This document shows, in pieces, positions 20,792-29,671 of a stretch of DNA of 64,000 nt. How positions within the stretch are numbered: the first letter of the stretch is position 1; every line of letters starts with the position of its first letter. Source of the DNA: Acidimicrobiia bacterium (GTDB lineage: Bacteria; Actinomycetota; Acidimicrobiia; IMCC26256; JAGNEX01); assembly GCA_020637365.1 (NCBI GenBank), contig JACJWE010000001.1, positions 47,605 to 111,604 on the forward strand, read 5' to 3'. The notes under the pieces are model-generated. The model worked only from the letters and a program-made list of their open reading frames with translations, did not search any database and was not told the origin of the DNA. A program made the translations under genes and the position numbers.

Positions 20792-22555
20792 GTGGTCATG
20801 CCAATAGGTGCACCTGATAGCGAGGCTTTGGCGGTACTGACCGGGCCGGGTGGCCCGATGGAGATCGTCAGGCAGCAGGTGCTGGGCGCCGACGTTCAGG
20901 TGTATGCCAATCGGCTCCGTTCGATGAGGGACATGTTGGCGCTGGCGGTCGGACACGGGGACAAAACCTTTATCGTGTACGGCGACCGCCGTCTCACCTA
21001 CGCGCAACACGAACACAGGGTGCATCAAATAGCGCAGTTCCTCACCGAACGAGGCCTCACCCTGGGGGACAGGGTGGCGATTTTGGCGGCGAACCACCCC
21101 GATTGGGTCGCCTCGTTTTGGGCCTGCGCCATGCTCGGTCTTGTGGCGGTGCCGCTCAACGCCTGGTGGAAGCGCGATGAGTTGGCATTCGCTCTCGCCG
21201 ATGCATCGGTCTCAGCGGTGATCTGTGACCAGCGACGTTGGGAGGTCATCGCTCCATTGGCTGCCGATGCTGAGCGGTGGCGAACCGCCCTCGTCATCGA
21301 CCCAGACGAACAAACTGCAGCAGGTTTCGCTCAAGTCGACGGCCTTGACTGGGTCGGTTCGCTCGATGACGCGCTGGCGGGAATCGATGCGCCGGCCGTG
21401 CCCGAGGTAGACACCGACGAAGACGACATCATCGGTATCTTCTATACCTCCGGCACGACCGGTCGTCCCAAGGGCGCAACCATCACGCACCGTCAAGTCC
21501 TCGCGAACCTCCAGAACCTGATGGTGGTGTCGTTGGCGAGCCGCGACCAGCGTGATGTACCCCCCGAATTGAGCGCCAAACTGCAGCCAGCGAGCTTGTT
21601 GGTCGTGCCGCTGTTTCATACCACCGGCTGCCATGCGACGATGATCACGACGCTGGCTTCCGGCGGCAAGCTCATCTTGTTAGAGCCCGGCAAGTTCGAT
21701 CCCGGCCGGGCGTTGGCGATTATCGAGCGTGAACAGGTCACCTCGATCGGAGGTGTCCCCACCGTGATGTCTCGGCTGGTCGACGCCCCGGCCTTCGATG
21801 ACTACGACACATCGACGGTGTCTCGGGTTTTTTATGGAGGCGCCCCGGCGAGCCCGGCACTCGTCGAGCGGATCAAGGCTGCGTTTCCGCAGGTGACCAG
21901 TCAACTCGCAACAGCGTACGGCCTCACCGAAACGGCGTCGGTCGCAACGCTCAACAGCGGCGATGACTACCTCTCGCACCCGGCGTCGGTCGGTAGACCA
22001 GTGCCCACGGTCGAGGTCAAAGTCGTCGACGATGGCGGTGACGAAGTCGCTGCTGGCGATCGCGGCGAAGTGTGCATCACCGGCCCGACCGTCATGCTGC
22101 GCGGCTACTGGAACCGTCCCGAGGTCAATGCGGAGGTCATCGTCGGCGGCTGGTTCCACACAGGCGATATCGGCGTAATCGACGATGATGGCTTTTTGTA
22201 TCTCGTCGACCGTGCCAAAGACATGATCATTCGCGCTGGCGAAAACGTGTACTGCGTCGAGATCGAGAATCTGCTCGCGGAGCATCCCGACGTGATCGAG
22301 GCGGCCATCGTCGGGGTTCCCGACGATGATCTCGGCGAAGAGATCAAAGCCGTGGTCCAGGTGGCTGCTGACTCCTCGGTCGACGCTGACGCGCTCAGCC
22401 AATGGTGCTCAGCGTCGCTCGCCGCGTACAAGGTTCCCAGGATGTTCGAGTTCAGGACCGAGCCGTTGCCGAGAAACCCATCGGGCAAGATCCTCAAGAA
22501 CGAACTGCGTGGCATCGGGTCGGCCTTTGACGCCGCTGCGGACTCCGTGCTCTAG
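20792..22555 (+). CDS. AMP-dependent acyl-CoA synthetase/ligase (FadD-like)
   Basis: AMP-binding motif YTSGTTGRPKGA, YGLTE, GWFHTGDIG and C-terminal PRNPSGKILK. The start could be 20792 (GTG) or 20798 (ATG). Confidence 0.88.
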   Translation: MVMPIGAPDSEALAVLTGPGGPMEIVRQQVLGADVQVYANRLRSMRDMLALAVGHGDKTFIVYGDRRLTYAQHEHRVHQIAQFLTERGLTLGDRVAILAANHPDWVASFWACAMLGLVAVPLNAWWKRDELAFALADASVSAVICDQRRWEVIAPLAADAERWRTALVIDPDEQTAAGFAQVDGLDWVGSLDDALAGIDAPAVPEVDTDEDDIIGIFYTSGTTGRPKGATITHRQVLANLQNLMVVSLASRDQRDVPPELSAKLQPASLLVVPLFHTTGCHATMITTLASGGKLILLEPGKFDPGRALAIIEREQVTSIGGVPTVMSRLVDAPAFDDYDTSTVSRVFYGGAPASPALVERIKAAFPQVTSQLATAYGLTETASVATLNSGDDYLSHPASVGRPVPTVEVKVVDDGGDEVAAGDRGEVCITGPTVMLRGYWNRPEVNAEVIVGGWFHTGDIGVIDDDGFLYLVDRAKDMIIRAGENVYCVEIENLLAEHPDVIEAAIVGVPDDDLGEEIKAVVQVAADSSVDADALSQWCSASLAAYKVPRMFEFRTEPLPRNPSGKILKNELRGIGSAFDAAADSVL

Positions 22556-22607
22556 GTGCTAGGTGCTAGGTGCCAGGTGCCAGGTGCCAGGTGCCAGGTG
22601 CCAGGCG
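22552..22607. repeat. Heptanucleotide tandem repeat, 8 copies, starting on the acyl-CoA ligase stop codon
   Basis: ctaggtg x3, then ccaggtg x4, then ccaggcg. The first three units place TAG at 22553, 22560 and 22567, one in each reading frame. Confidence 0.95.
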
Positions 22608-22749
22608 CCAAACGCATGGCGCACGTCACTCCTTTGTCGAGCACTCAGGTTGGGGCGCTACCGTTTCATCCGCGTCGAGGGTTGGCGGTTGACACGACCA
22701 AGACGACCGAAACGGCATGCCTCTGACGCGGCTCGGACGGGAGAAGCAG

Positions 22750-23127
22750 ATGACCCAGACGCTGATCGACGTTCACTCCGTATGGGGGTGGGTCGCGATT
22801 GTCCTCAACGGAATCGCTGGGGTTTCGGCGTTGGTGGCCTGGAAGAAGCCCGAACTGCGGGGACGGTGGGTCTGGGTTCTCGTTATCATCGCCCAAGTTG
22901 CCCTGCTCATCCAGGTTGTTTTGGGCGTCGCGGCGGTCAGCGATGACGGTGTCACCGTCCCTCGGTTCCACATGTTCTACGGTTTTGTTGCGTTCATCAC
23001 CGTCGGGCTCGCCTACGGCTATCGCTCACTCATGAGTGAACGGGATCAGCTGGAGCTGTTCTATGGCGTCCTGTGCCTGTTCCTCATGGGCGTCGGGATC
23101 CGCGCTTGGCTCCAGGTGGCGGCATAA
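22750..23127 (+). CDS. Hypothetical integral membrane protein (4 predicted TM segments)
   Basis: MTQTLIDVHSVWGWVAIVLNGIAGVSALVAW... has four hydrophobic stretches. GGGAGAAG lies before ATG 22750. No family recognised. Confidence 0.55.
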   Translation: MTQTLIDVHSVWGWVAIVLNGIAGVSALVAWKKPELRGRWVWVLVIIAQVALLIQVVLGVAAVSDDGVTVPRFHMFYGFVAFITVGLAYGYRSLMSERDQLELFYGVLCLFLMGVGIRAWLQVAA

Positions 23128-23178
23128 GACGGCGGCGCCCTCCCCATCGATGCGATGCCAGCGAAAGGATCGTCCGAG

Positions 23179-24309
23179 ATGAGCCATCGAGAACACGTCG
23201 CAATCTGTTATGGCGGCCGATCGGCGGAGCACGATGTTTCACGGGTAACCGCCTCAGCGGTCGTCAACGCGCTCGACAAGACCCGCTTTACACCCATCTT
23301 GTTGGCGATCGGCACCGACGGACGGTGGCTGCGCAACGTCGCGGCTGAACACAAGCTCTCTCACGGCGCACAAGCCCCGGAGTCTGGACTCTTGATAGAA
23401 GGTCGCCGGGTCGTACTGCCAGCCGATCCAACCCTCGGCGGGCTACTCGATCTCGACACGGGAGAGTGGACCCCGATCGACGTGGTCATTCCCATGTTGC
23501 ATGGTCCGCTCGGCGAAGACGGTACGGCTCAGGGACTCTGCGAGTTAGCCGACCTTGCCTATGCGGGGTGCAGCGTTGTCGGCTCCGCTGTTGGATCCGA
23601 CAAGATCATGATGAAGCGTGCCTTTCGGGACGCAGGCGTGCCGACCGCACGTTGGATTGAGCTGCGCGACGACGAATCAGCCGATGCCGATGCGATTCTT
23701 GCCCAATTGGGAACGCCCGTTTTCGTGAAGCCTTCGAATATGGGTTCGTCGGTTGGTGTTTCGAGAGCACGTGACGAGTCGGAACTCATCGAAGCACTCG
23801 CACTGGCCTTTCGCTACGACCGCTGGGCGCTGGTCGAAGAGGCGATCGAGGGGCGTGAGATCGAAATCGGCGTGCTCGGCGATGGCGAGTTGCTCCTGTC
23901 GACCGCGGGTGAAATCCGTCCGGGCAGCGACTTTTACACCTACGAAGACAAATACGAAGACCAGGCCGCCGAACTGCTCATCCCAGCGCCGATCAGCGAC
24001 GCCGAACTGGATGAGCTGCGCCGTTTAGCCGCTCAGGCGTATCGGGCCTGCCGGTGTGACGGTATGGCACGGGTCGACTTTTTCTACGACCAGAACGTTC
24101 GCGGCTGGCTTGTTAACGAGATCAACACCATTCCTGGTTTCACCCCGTTCTCGATGTTTCCCCTCTTTGCTGCGAGCGGTCTGGCCTATTCGGCACTTAT
24201 CGAGCGTCTCATCGATGACGCTGTGAGACGCCACGCCGATCGCTCTAGCAAGGCCGGACAGCAACGACCCGATCGAAGTGCAGCCCAGGAACTGGCCTCG
24301 AACGGATGA
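23179..24309 (+). CDS. ddl: D-alanine--D-alanine ligase
   Basis: VAICYGGRSAEHDVSRVTA..., HGPLGEDGTAQGLCELA, FVKPSNMGSSVGVS, EINTIPGFT are typical Ddl motifs. Confidence 0.92.
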   Translation: MSHREHVAICYGGRSAEHDVSRVTASAVVNALDKTRFTPILLAIGTDGRWLRNVAAEHKLSHGAQAPESGLLIEGRRVVLPADPTLGGLLDLDTGEWTPIDVVIPMLHGPLGEDGTAQGLCELADLAYAGCSVVGSAVGSDKIMMKRAFRDAGVPTARWIELRDDESADADAILAQLGTPVFVKPSNMGSSVGVSRARDESELIEALALAFRYDRWALVEEAIEGREIEIGVLGDGELLLSTAGEIRPGSDFYTYEDKYEDQAAELLIPAPISDAELDELRRLAAQAYRACRCDGMARVDFFYDQNVRGWLVNEINTIPGFTPFSMFPLFAASGLAYSALIERLIDDAVRRHADRSSKAGQQRPDRSAAQELASNG

Positions 24310-24410
24310 GCAGGTGTGTCGATCGAGCGGTTCGTAGCGAGCGCTGGGTGTGGTCGAGGTAGCCGCGACCCCGTGGAGCTCGAGCCCCGAGACCGTCGTT
24401 GGCGTCCGGG

Positions 24411-24657
24411 TTATCGACTGGCGAGATCGACGATCGGGCAGGTCAAGGTTCGAGTGATCCCTTCGATCATCTGCATCTTCTGGACGACCATCTGCCCCAT
24501 CCGGTCTATCGACTCGGCTTCCACCTGGACGATGACGTCATAAGGTCCCGTGACGTCATGCGCGGTGACCACCCCTGTCTAGTTCCCTCATCGCTCGTGC
24601 GACGGATTCGGCCTTGCCGACTTCGGTCAGTACCAGGACATACGCATGCACAGCCAC
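24411..24657 (-). pseudogene. Small Lrp/AsnC ligand-binding-domain protein (about 81 aa), one frameshift
   Basis: GTG 24657 follows GAGGGGG. The reading is VAVHAYVLVLTEVGKAESVARAMRELD, then after dropping one base near 24572..24577, GVVTAHDVTGPYDVIVQVEAESIDRMGQMVVQKMQMIEGITRTLTCPIV. The length is 247 nt (3n+1). Confidence 0.75.
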
Positions 24658-24861
24658 CGAGACCCCCTCGTTGAAATCGAAGAGGATTATGTCTCGTTTG
24701 TCATGTTCCAAAGCGAACGTAAAGTCACCCATCTGAAGAAGCCCTACCAAACCGCACCGTTAGGATGTGCGGCCTTGGTGAGTACGACCGAGTTGGGACG
24801 CGACGCGCAACGTGTCGGATGCTCAGGTCCTGCGTCGGTCTGCTCGAAAACTCGGAGGGTC

Positions 24862-26142
24862 GTGGCGCAGGTTGTTGTCATTGGGGCTGGCTACGTGGGA
24901 CTCACGACGGCCGCATGTATTTCCTCTCTCGGCCACCACGTGTCGTGCGTCGACATCGACGAGGCCAAAATCGACCGCCTCAACTCGGGGCATGTCGACA
25001 TCCTTGAAGAAGGCCTACCTGGCCTCGTCAAAGAAGGGTGCGGCACGGGCCGCCTTCAGTTTGTCAATTCTGTTGACCGGGTGATCGGCGACGCGGAATA
25101 CGTCTTTTGTGTGTGGCGACGCCGCCAAGGGCTAACGGATCGGCGGATCTGTCGTTTCTCACGACCGCTGTTGAAGAACTCGCTCCCAAGCTGTCGCGTG
25201 GTGCGGTTCTGATCAATAAGTCCACCGTCCCGGTCGGAACCGCTCGCATGGTGCAGCAACTGGTCAACCGCACCGATGTTTCGGTCGTCGCCAACCCGGA
25301 ATTTTACGTGAAGGCTCCGCTGTAGCGGACTTCATGCGACCCGACCGCATTGTGATCGGCACAGACGATCAGGCCGCAGCGATCAAGATGACCAGCCTCT
25401 ACCTGACGGTACCCGCTCCGGTCGTGGTCACCGACCCCGAGTCTGCGGAGCTGATCAAATACGCGCCAAACTCATTTCTCGCGGTGAAGCTGAGCTACAT
25501 CAACTCGATTGCCGACATTTCAGAGCACGTCGGAGCCGACATCAAGGACGTGTTGTTGGGCATGGGTTTCGATCCGCGGATCGGCGAACAATATCTTCGC
25601 CCGGGCCCAGGATGGGGCGGCTCATGTTTGCCCAAGGACACCCGAGCGCTGATTCACACAGCTTCGGAAGCGGACACCGACATCCCCATCGTGCGGGCCG
25701 CTGTGGAATCAAACGAACAGCAGATTGCCAGGATCGCAAGGGTCGTCGCTGGCGATCGTACTGGCCCGCTGCACGGCCTGACGGTCGCAGCGTGGGGTTG
25801 GCCTTCAAAGCGGGGACCAACGATGTTCGGGACTCACCAGCTTTGCGGGTGCTGAGTTCGCTGACCGATCGCGGTGCGACCGTCAAGGCGTACGACCCTG
25901 CATTCTCGATGGGAGACTTGGACCTGTCGGCAATCCAAGTCGGTGACGATCCCTATGGAGTCTGTGACGAGGCAGATGTCCTTGTGGTGCTCACCGAGTG
26001 GCCTGAGCTACGGTGGCTTGACTTCGAGAAGGTCATTGATGCAATGTCGGGGGCTCGGGTGGTCGATACACGGAACTTGTTGGATCGGAGTCAGTTGGTC
26101 CGACTCGGGTTTGAATACTGGGGAATCGGCCGGGGATCATGA
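24862..26142 (+). pseudogene. ugd: UDP-glucose 6-dehydrogenase, three frameshifts
   Basis: GTG 24862 follows GGAGGG. Four frame pieces join: VVVIGAGYVGLTTAA..., CVATP...SADLSF..., NPEF(L)REGSAVADFMRPDRIVIG...GWGGSCLPKD..., GLAFKAGTNDVRDSPAL...VVDTRN. Switches lie at T-runs 25105..25108 and 25302..25305 and at 25798. Confidence 0.88.
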
Positions 26143-26355
26143 TCAGGTCAAGAACTAGTGATGATCAGCGCAGGAAGTGCGCATTTGCGCTTCTTTGCCT
26201 GGATTGGGCCGATCTTTTCGGCTACAGTAATAATCACTGAACGAGATCAAGCGCTGCCCAAAAGGGTGTGGATCGGTGGATTAGCCGAAACCCGCAGCGT
26301 AAAGTCGGTGGCGTCGGTCGGGCTGTGGGGGACTGATCGGCGCCACCTCCTCTTG

Positions 26356-26397
26356 AAATGGGCCCTACGTCGGCGACGTAGGGCCCATTTTGTTGTC
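26356..26397 (+). terminator. Intrinsic terminator-like hairpin (perfect 16-bp stem, 3-nt loop, T-rich tail)
   Basis: aaatgggccctacgtc ggc gacgtagggcccattt, followed by tgttgt. It lies 215 nt after the ugd stop and is partly bidirectional (A-run before, T-run after). Confidence 0.6.
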
Positions 26398-26455
26398 CAT
26401 TCATGCTGTTCGAACTACATCACGTCCGGCGACCCGTGGTTGTTTTGTGGTCAAA

Positions 26456-26990
26456 CTAGCGGAAGTGCTCTCGCGTAAATACACAAGAGTCTTCAGGCGG
26501 TTTGGACCAAATGAAATGTCCTTTTCTGGTTGGTGACCACCTAATAACTTGTTCTGGTAAACGTCCGTTGATGCTTGGATGTCGCCTAATGGCGCGCTTG
26601 TTGGCAGAGTTGCAGACCGGGGAAATGTCTAGCCAGGTCAAGCGCACGAGCCTTCCGTGGTGCGCCAGGCCGCCTGCATCAAGAGGCCCAGAGGCTTGTG
26701 TCCCAGCACCTTGTTCCGCCGCGAGGCCGGGGCATCTACCGCCACGCGCTGCCCCTCATCGCTCAAAGGCGCCCAGGCCTTGGTGGTTCGGCACCTTTAA
26801 TCGTGGCGGCGCCGTGCTCGCCGATTACAACAGCGTTCTCACCTGCCCGGACCCGAGGACGGGGTCCGAGGATGGGACTGGAGGCCGCATCCCGTGCGGT
26901 CTGAACGGTCTCGCAAGGAGGCCTGCAGGAAACGGGCCATGACGGCCACCCCGGAGAACGCCAAGGGGTGTATCTGGTCTGACGCTCAAT
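26456..26990 (-). mobile_element. Possible decayed IS630-family (DDE_3) transposase C-terminal remnant
   Basis: Minus-strand pieces in three frames: ENAVVIGEHGAATIKGAEPP, KAWAPLSDEGQRV and TWLDISPVCNSANKRAIRRHPSINGRLPEQVIRWSPTRKGHFIWSKPPEDS. They resemble the remembered IS630-type C-terminus (vvDNyxxHK..vkaWL...SWLNxVExxF..l..raiRRgsF.S...L...I...i...N....PFxWTK..deil). The catalytic residues are not preserved. Confidence 0.3.
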
Positions 26991-27010
26991 CTGGGTCCAG
27001 TGACGAGGGC

Positions 27011-27059
27011 AAAAAAGAGTGGGTGGGTTGAGCATTGCAATGCTCAACCCACCCACTCT
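27011..27059 (-). terminator. Rho-independent terminator of pckA
   Basis: Perfect 20-bp stem, agagtgggtgggttgagcat / atgctcaacccacccactct, with a 4-nt loop. On the minus strand it is followed by TTTTT and lies 64 nt downstream of the pckA stop. Confidence 0.85.
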
Positions 27060-27122
27060 CATCATCGTAGGATGCGTCTGGCGTCAGACGTCGACGTGCG
27101 CCGCTCGTTTGACGCTAACCAG

Positions 27123-28661
27123 CTACAGAACGGACTTGGTGATTCGTTCGTCGAGTTCGGGGAAGCTCTCCAGGAATGCCTGACGCTCGCCCTTGAGGCG
27201 GGTTACCCAGCCCTCGTACTCATCCATCCGACCCTGTGCCTCGTAGAGCTTGCGAGGCTGAAGGATGTCCAGATCAGCTTCGGGGAACTCGGGGATCGAG
27301 ACCGCAACCTCATAGCCGAAGTCGGGGTCGATTTCCCATTCGATCGTTCCTTCAGCGATGCCCTTGACGATCGCCGAGCTGTGAGGAATCTTGACCTTCT
27401 TGGAACGGTCGTCACCATCGCCACCACCGACTCGGCCGGTGTTGAGCAAGTAGACCTCGAGGGGATGATTCTCGAGGAGTTCGAGCATCCGATTGCCCTG
27501 CAGGTCGTGCGGCATGGGGAAGAACGGGTTTGTGCCGGGAACTCGAAGGAACTTGCCCTCTTCGTCCTTGCCTCCGGCGGCCGTACCCGTCGTCTCGCCG
27601 AGCATGAAGTAGGCGGCCGCCTGGTCGGCGGGAAGCTTGGCAACGCCCGGAATCACGTTCTCGTTGCGGTTCAGGATCAGCAGGAAGTTGGCCGAGGAGA
27701 GCTCTGCGGGGTCAAAGTTGGACACCAAGGTAAACGGGAAGGTGGAGCGACCGTTTTTGGTGTAGGACTCGTTGAAGAAGTCGATGTTGCCGTCGTCGTC
27801 TTGGAAGACGTTTTCGAGGTAGGCATCACGGGTGGTCACAGCACCGTAGATGGCGGGTTCGAACTCGGGGTTCAGCCCGTAGGTCTTGGCGAAACATCCA
27901 GCTTCGGACGTGTAGACCTTGCCTTCGGGCATAAGGGCACAGAAGTCGTCCTGAACAGGCTTTGAGTCGTTCTGGGTAGTGAACGTCGTGGTGGGCTTGC
28001 CTGTACCCGACAGTCCAACGATGAGCGCGACCTTATCCTCGCCTCCAGCCGGAACGACCTTGCAACCCGCGTGCAGGGCAAGCCCGCCGCGGTCGTAAAC
28101 CATCTTGTTCCACATCCGAAGTCCGCCCTTCTTCGATTCGCCGAAGTAGTCGGAGTTGAAGACGCGGGTCACGTTGTTGTCTAGGTCGACAGCGATCAAG
28201 CGGTCATCTGGGTAACCCTCTGCGACAAGGTTGGGTGTGTAGATGACGAACGTCTCAGGCTCGTCGTGAACGACCTCGCCACCTTCGTAGTAGAGCTGGC
28301 GTTGCATCGCCGCAATGTTGGCGTGGGAGGTTTCAATCGCCATCCGCGCCTTGGTGCGGAACTCGGGGTCTGATCCGATGAAGCCGTCGATCATGACCAT
28401 GTCGGCGTTCGCGATGTGGGCATCTTGCAGTGCTGCAAGGCGGTCGTACTCGTCCCGGGTCATGGTCTTGAGGCCACGCGCGGTCTCGGGATCGTCGGTG
28501 ACGATAAAGGTTGACTTGGAGGAGCGAGACAACACCTGGGTTGCGATGTTGTAGTTGTCGTACTCGCTCAGGCTCGCCGTGGGCATCAGCGCGACAAGCT
28601 CTCGCAATTCCTCAGCAGAGGGGTTGTGTTTCAGGGACTTCGGTGAAATGGTGACCGACAT
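27123..28661 (-). CDS. pckA: Phosphoenolpyruvate carboxykinase (ATP)
   Basis: ATP-PEPCK motifs: LIVGLSGTGKPTT (kinase-1a), FFNESYTKNGRSTFP, YFMLGETTGTAAGG. ATG 28661 follows AAGGAG. Confidence 0.9.
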   Translation of the reverse strand: MSVTISPKSLKHNPSAEELRELVALMPTASLSEYDNYNIATQVLSRSSKSTFIVTDDPETARGLKTMTRDEYDRLAALQDAHIANADMVMIDGFIGSDPEFRTKARMAIETSHANIAAMQRQLYYEGGEVVHDEPETFVIYTPNLVAEGYPDDRLIAVDLDNNVTRVFNSDYFGESKKGGLRMWNKMVYDRGGLALHAGCKVVPAGGEDKVALIVGLSGTGKPTTTFTTQNDSKPVQDDFCALMPEGKVYTSEAGCFAKTYGLNPEFEPAIYGAVTTRDAYLENVFQDDDGNIDFFNESYTKNGRSTFPFTLVSNFDPAELSSANFLLILNRNENVIPGVAKLPADQAAAYFMLGETTGTAAGGKDEEGKFLRVPGTNPFFPMPHDLQGNRMLELLENHPLEVYLLNTGRVGGGDGDDRSKKVKIPHSSAIVKGIAEGTIEWEIDPDFGYEVAVSIPEFPEADLDILQPRKLYEAQGRMDEYEGWVTRLKGERQAFLESFPELDERITKSVL

Positions 28662-28971
28662 GGCACGCTCCTTGACTGAGGACCCCGCGGTGCCCCAGAG
28701 TGAATCGATCTCAAAGCAAGTGCGACGATCGTAATGGGAGCGGTGACCGGGGATCGAAGCCACGACTTCTACTTTGTGTCACCGCGTTCTAGGCGTGGCG
28801 GTGGTGGCCGCAATGCATCTCAAGTGGCGTCGGTTGTCCGACATTGGACGGCCGTTCGATCGCTTCACACGTGTGGGGTGGACCAGCCTGCGATGCATCT
28901 GCGCGAGTGCGGCCAGTGCCGGTGCGTCGCCCGGCCAGCTCAGGCTGGTGGCAGCAGTGCGCTGCACAGCC

Positions 28972-29196
28972 TCAGTCGGCGGCCGTTCGTGCCATGTCGA
29001 CCTCGGCGCCCGTCCGGACTTTGGTTGCGAGGCCGGAGGCGTCGAGGTCAAAGACGACGCGTTGGCCTTGCCGGAGCCACATAAAGATGGAACCGGCAAG
29101 GGCGTCTGGTGCCAAAAGATATTCAGACCGATCGGTGTCTCTGATCACCCGACCCTCCCGGGTCTGGGGGTCGTAGTACATCACTACACCTTGCAT
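28972..29196 (-). CDS. Small hypothetical protein, cold-shock/OB-like pattern
   Basis: 74 aa. GVVMYYDPQTREGRVIRDTDRSEYLLAPDAL...LRQGQRVVFDLD has the spacing of a CSD-like barrel. AGGAG lies before the ATG, and the gene is immediately upstream of rpmB in the direction of transcription (minus strand). Confidence 0.5.
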   Translation of the reverse strand: MQGVVMYYDPQTREGRVIRDTDRSEYLLAPDALAGSIFMWLRQGQRVVFDLDASGLATKVRTGAEVDMARTAAD

Positions 29197-29207
29197 CGAC
29201 CGGGCTC

Positions 29208-29396
29208 CTAGCGCTTGGTGACTTTGCCAGCTTTGATGCAGCGAGTGCAGACGTGTACCCGACGAGGCGTACCGTCGACGATCGCCCGGATGCGCTGGAT
29301 GTTCGGGTTCCAGCGGCGCTTTGAGCGGCGGTGGGAGTGGGAAACCTTCATCCCGGTGCCGGGCTTTTTGTCACAGATGCTGCATACGGCGGGCAT
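29208..29396 (-). CDS. rpmB: 50S ribosomal protein L28
   Basis: MPAVCSICDKKPGTGMKVSHSHRRSKRRWNPNIQRIRA... is canonical L28. Confidence 0.95.
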   Translation of the reverse strand: MPAVCSICDKKPGTGMKVSHSHRRSKRRWNPNIQRIRAIVDGTPRRVHVCTRCIKAGKVTKR

Positions 29397-29671
29397 GTGT
29401 CGTCCTCAATCGTCGCTTCGTGGCTGCGCACCTTCACCGCGCGCAAGCTCAAAGGCAGGCCCGTGGCAACTCGAAATGAGCGCCCGGGCGTCAAGCCGAG
29501 CAAGGCTACCAACCCTCGCAGGTCTGTGCCGAAGCGGCAGCGCGCCATCGCGAACCGCTGTGTGTGGGAGGTGTCCGTGGCGCAGCGAACACGTCCCAAG
29601 GTTGTCACAAGCCCCGGATAGGTTGTGCAGCGTGTCCCAACACCGTCCGGTCAGCCAACCAGTAGACAACC

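Noticed and set aside
26158-26942. Plus-strand ORFs 26158..26478 (106 aa) and 26502..26942 (146 aa) as real genes in the gap.
   Set aside because: The first reads straight through the perfect 16-bp hairpin. Both have odd composition (Cys/Arg/Trp-rich), no RBS and no recognisable family.
26400-27010. Possible RNase P RNA, tmRNA or SRP RNA in the structured GC-rich part of the ugd-pckA gap. The segment ccaccccggagaacgccaagg superficially recalls an RNase P region.
   Set aside because: The diagnostic cores are absent on both strands. These are GAGGAAAGTCC and ACAGAA...CCGGCTTA for RNase P, the tRNA-like GGTTCGA..CCA end and tag ORF for tmRNA, and the GGAAGCAGCC domain IV for SRP RNA.
27000-27965. 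321-aa plus-strand ORF.
   Set aside because: It is antisense to the well-supported pckA gene, has no recognisable family, and is a typical high-GC shadow ORF.
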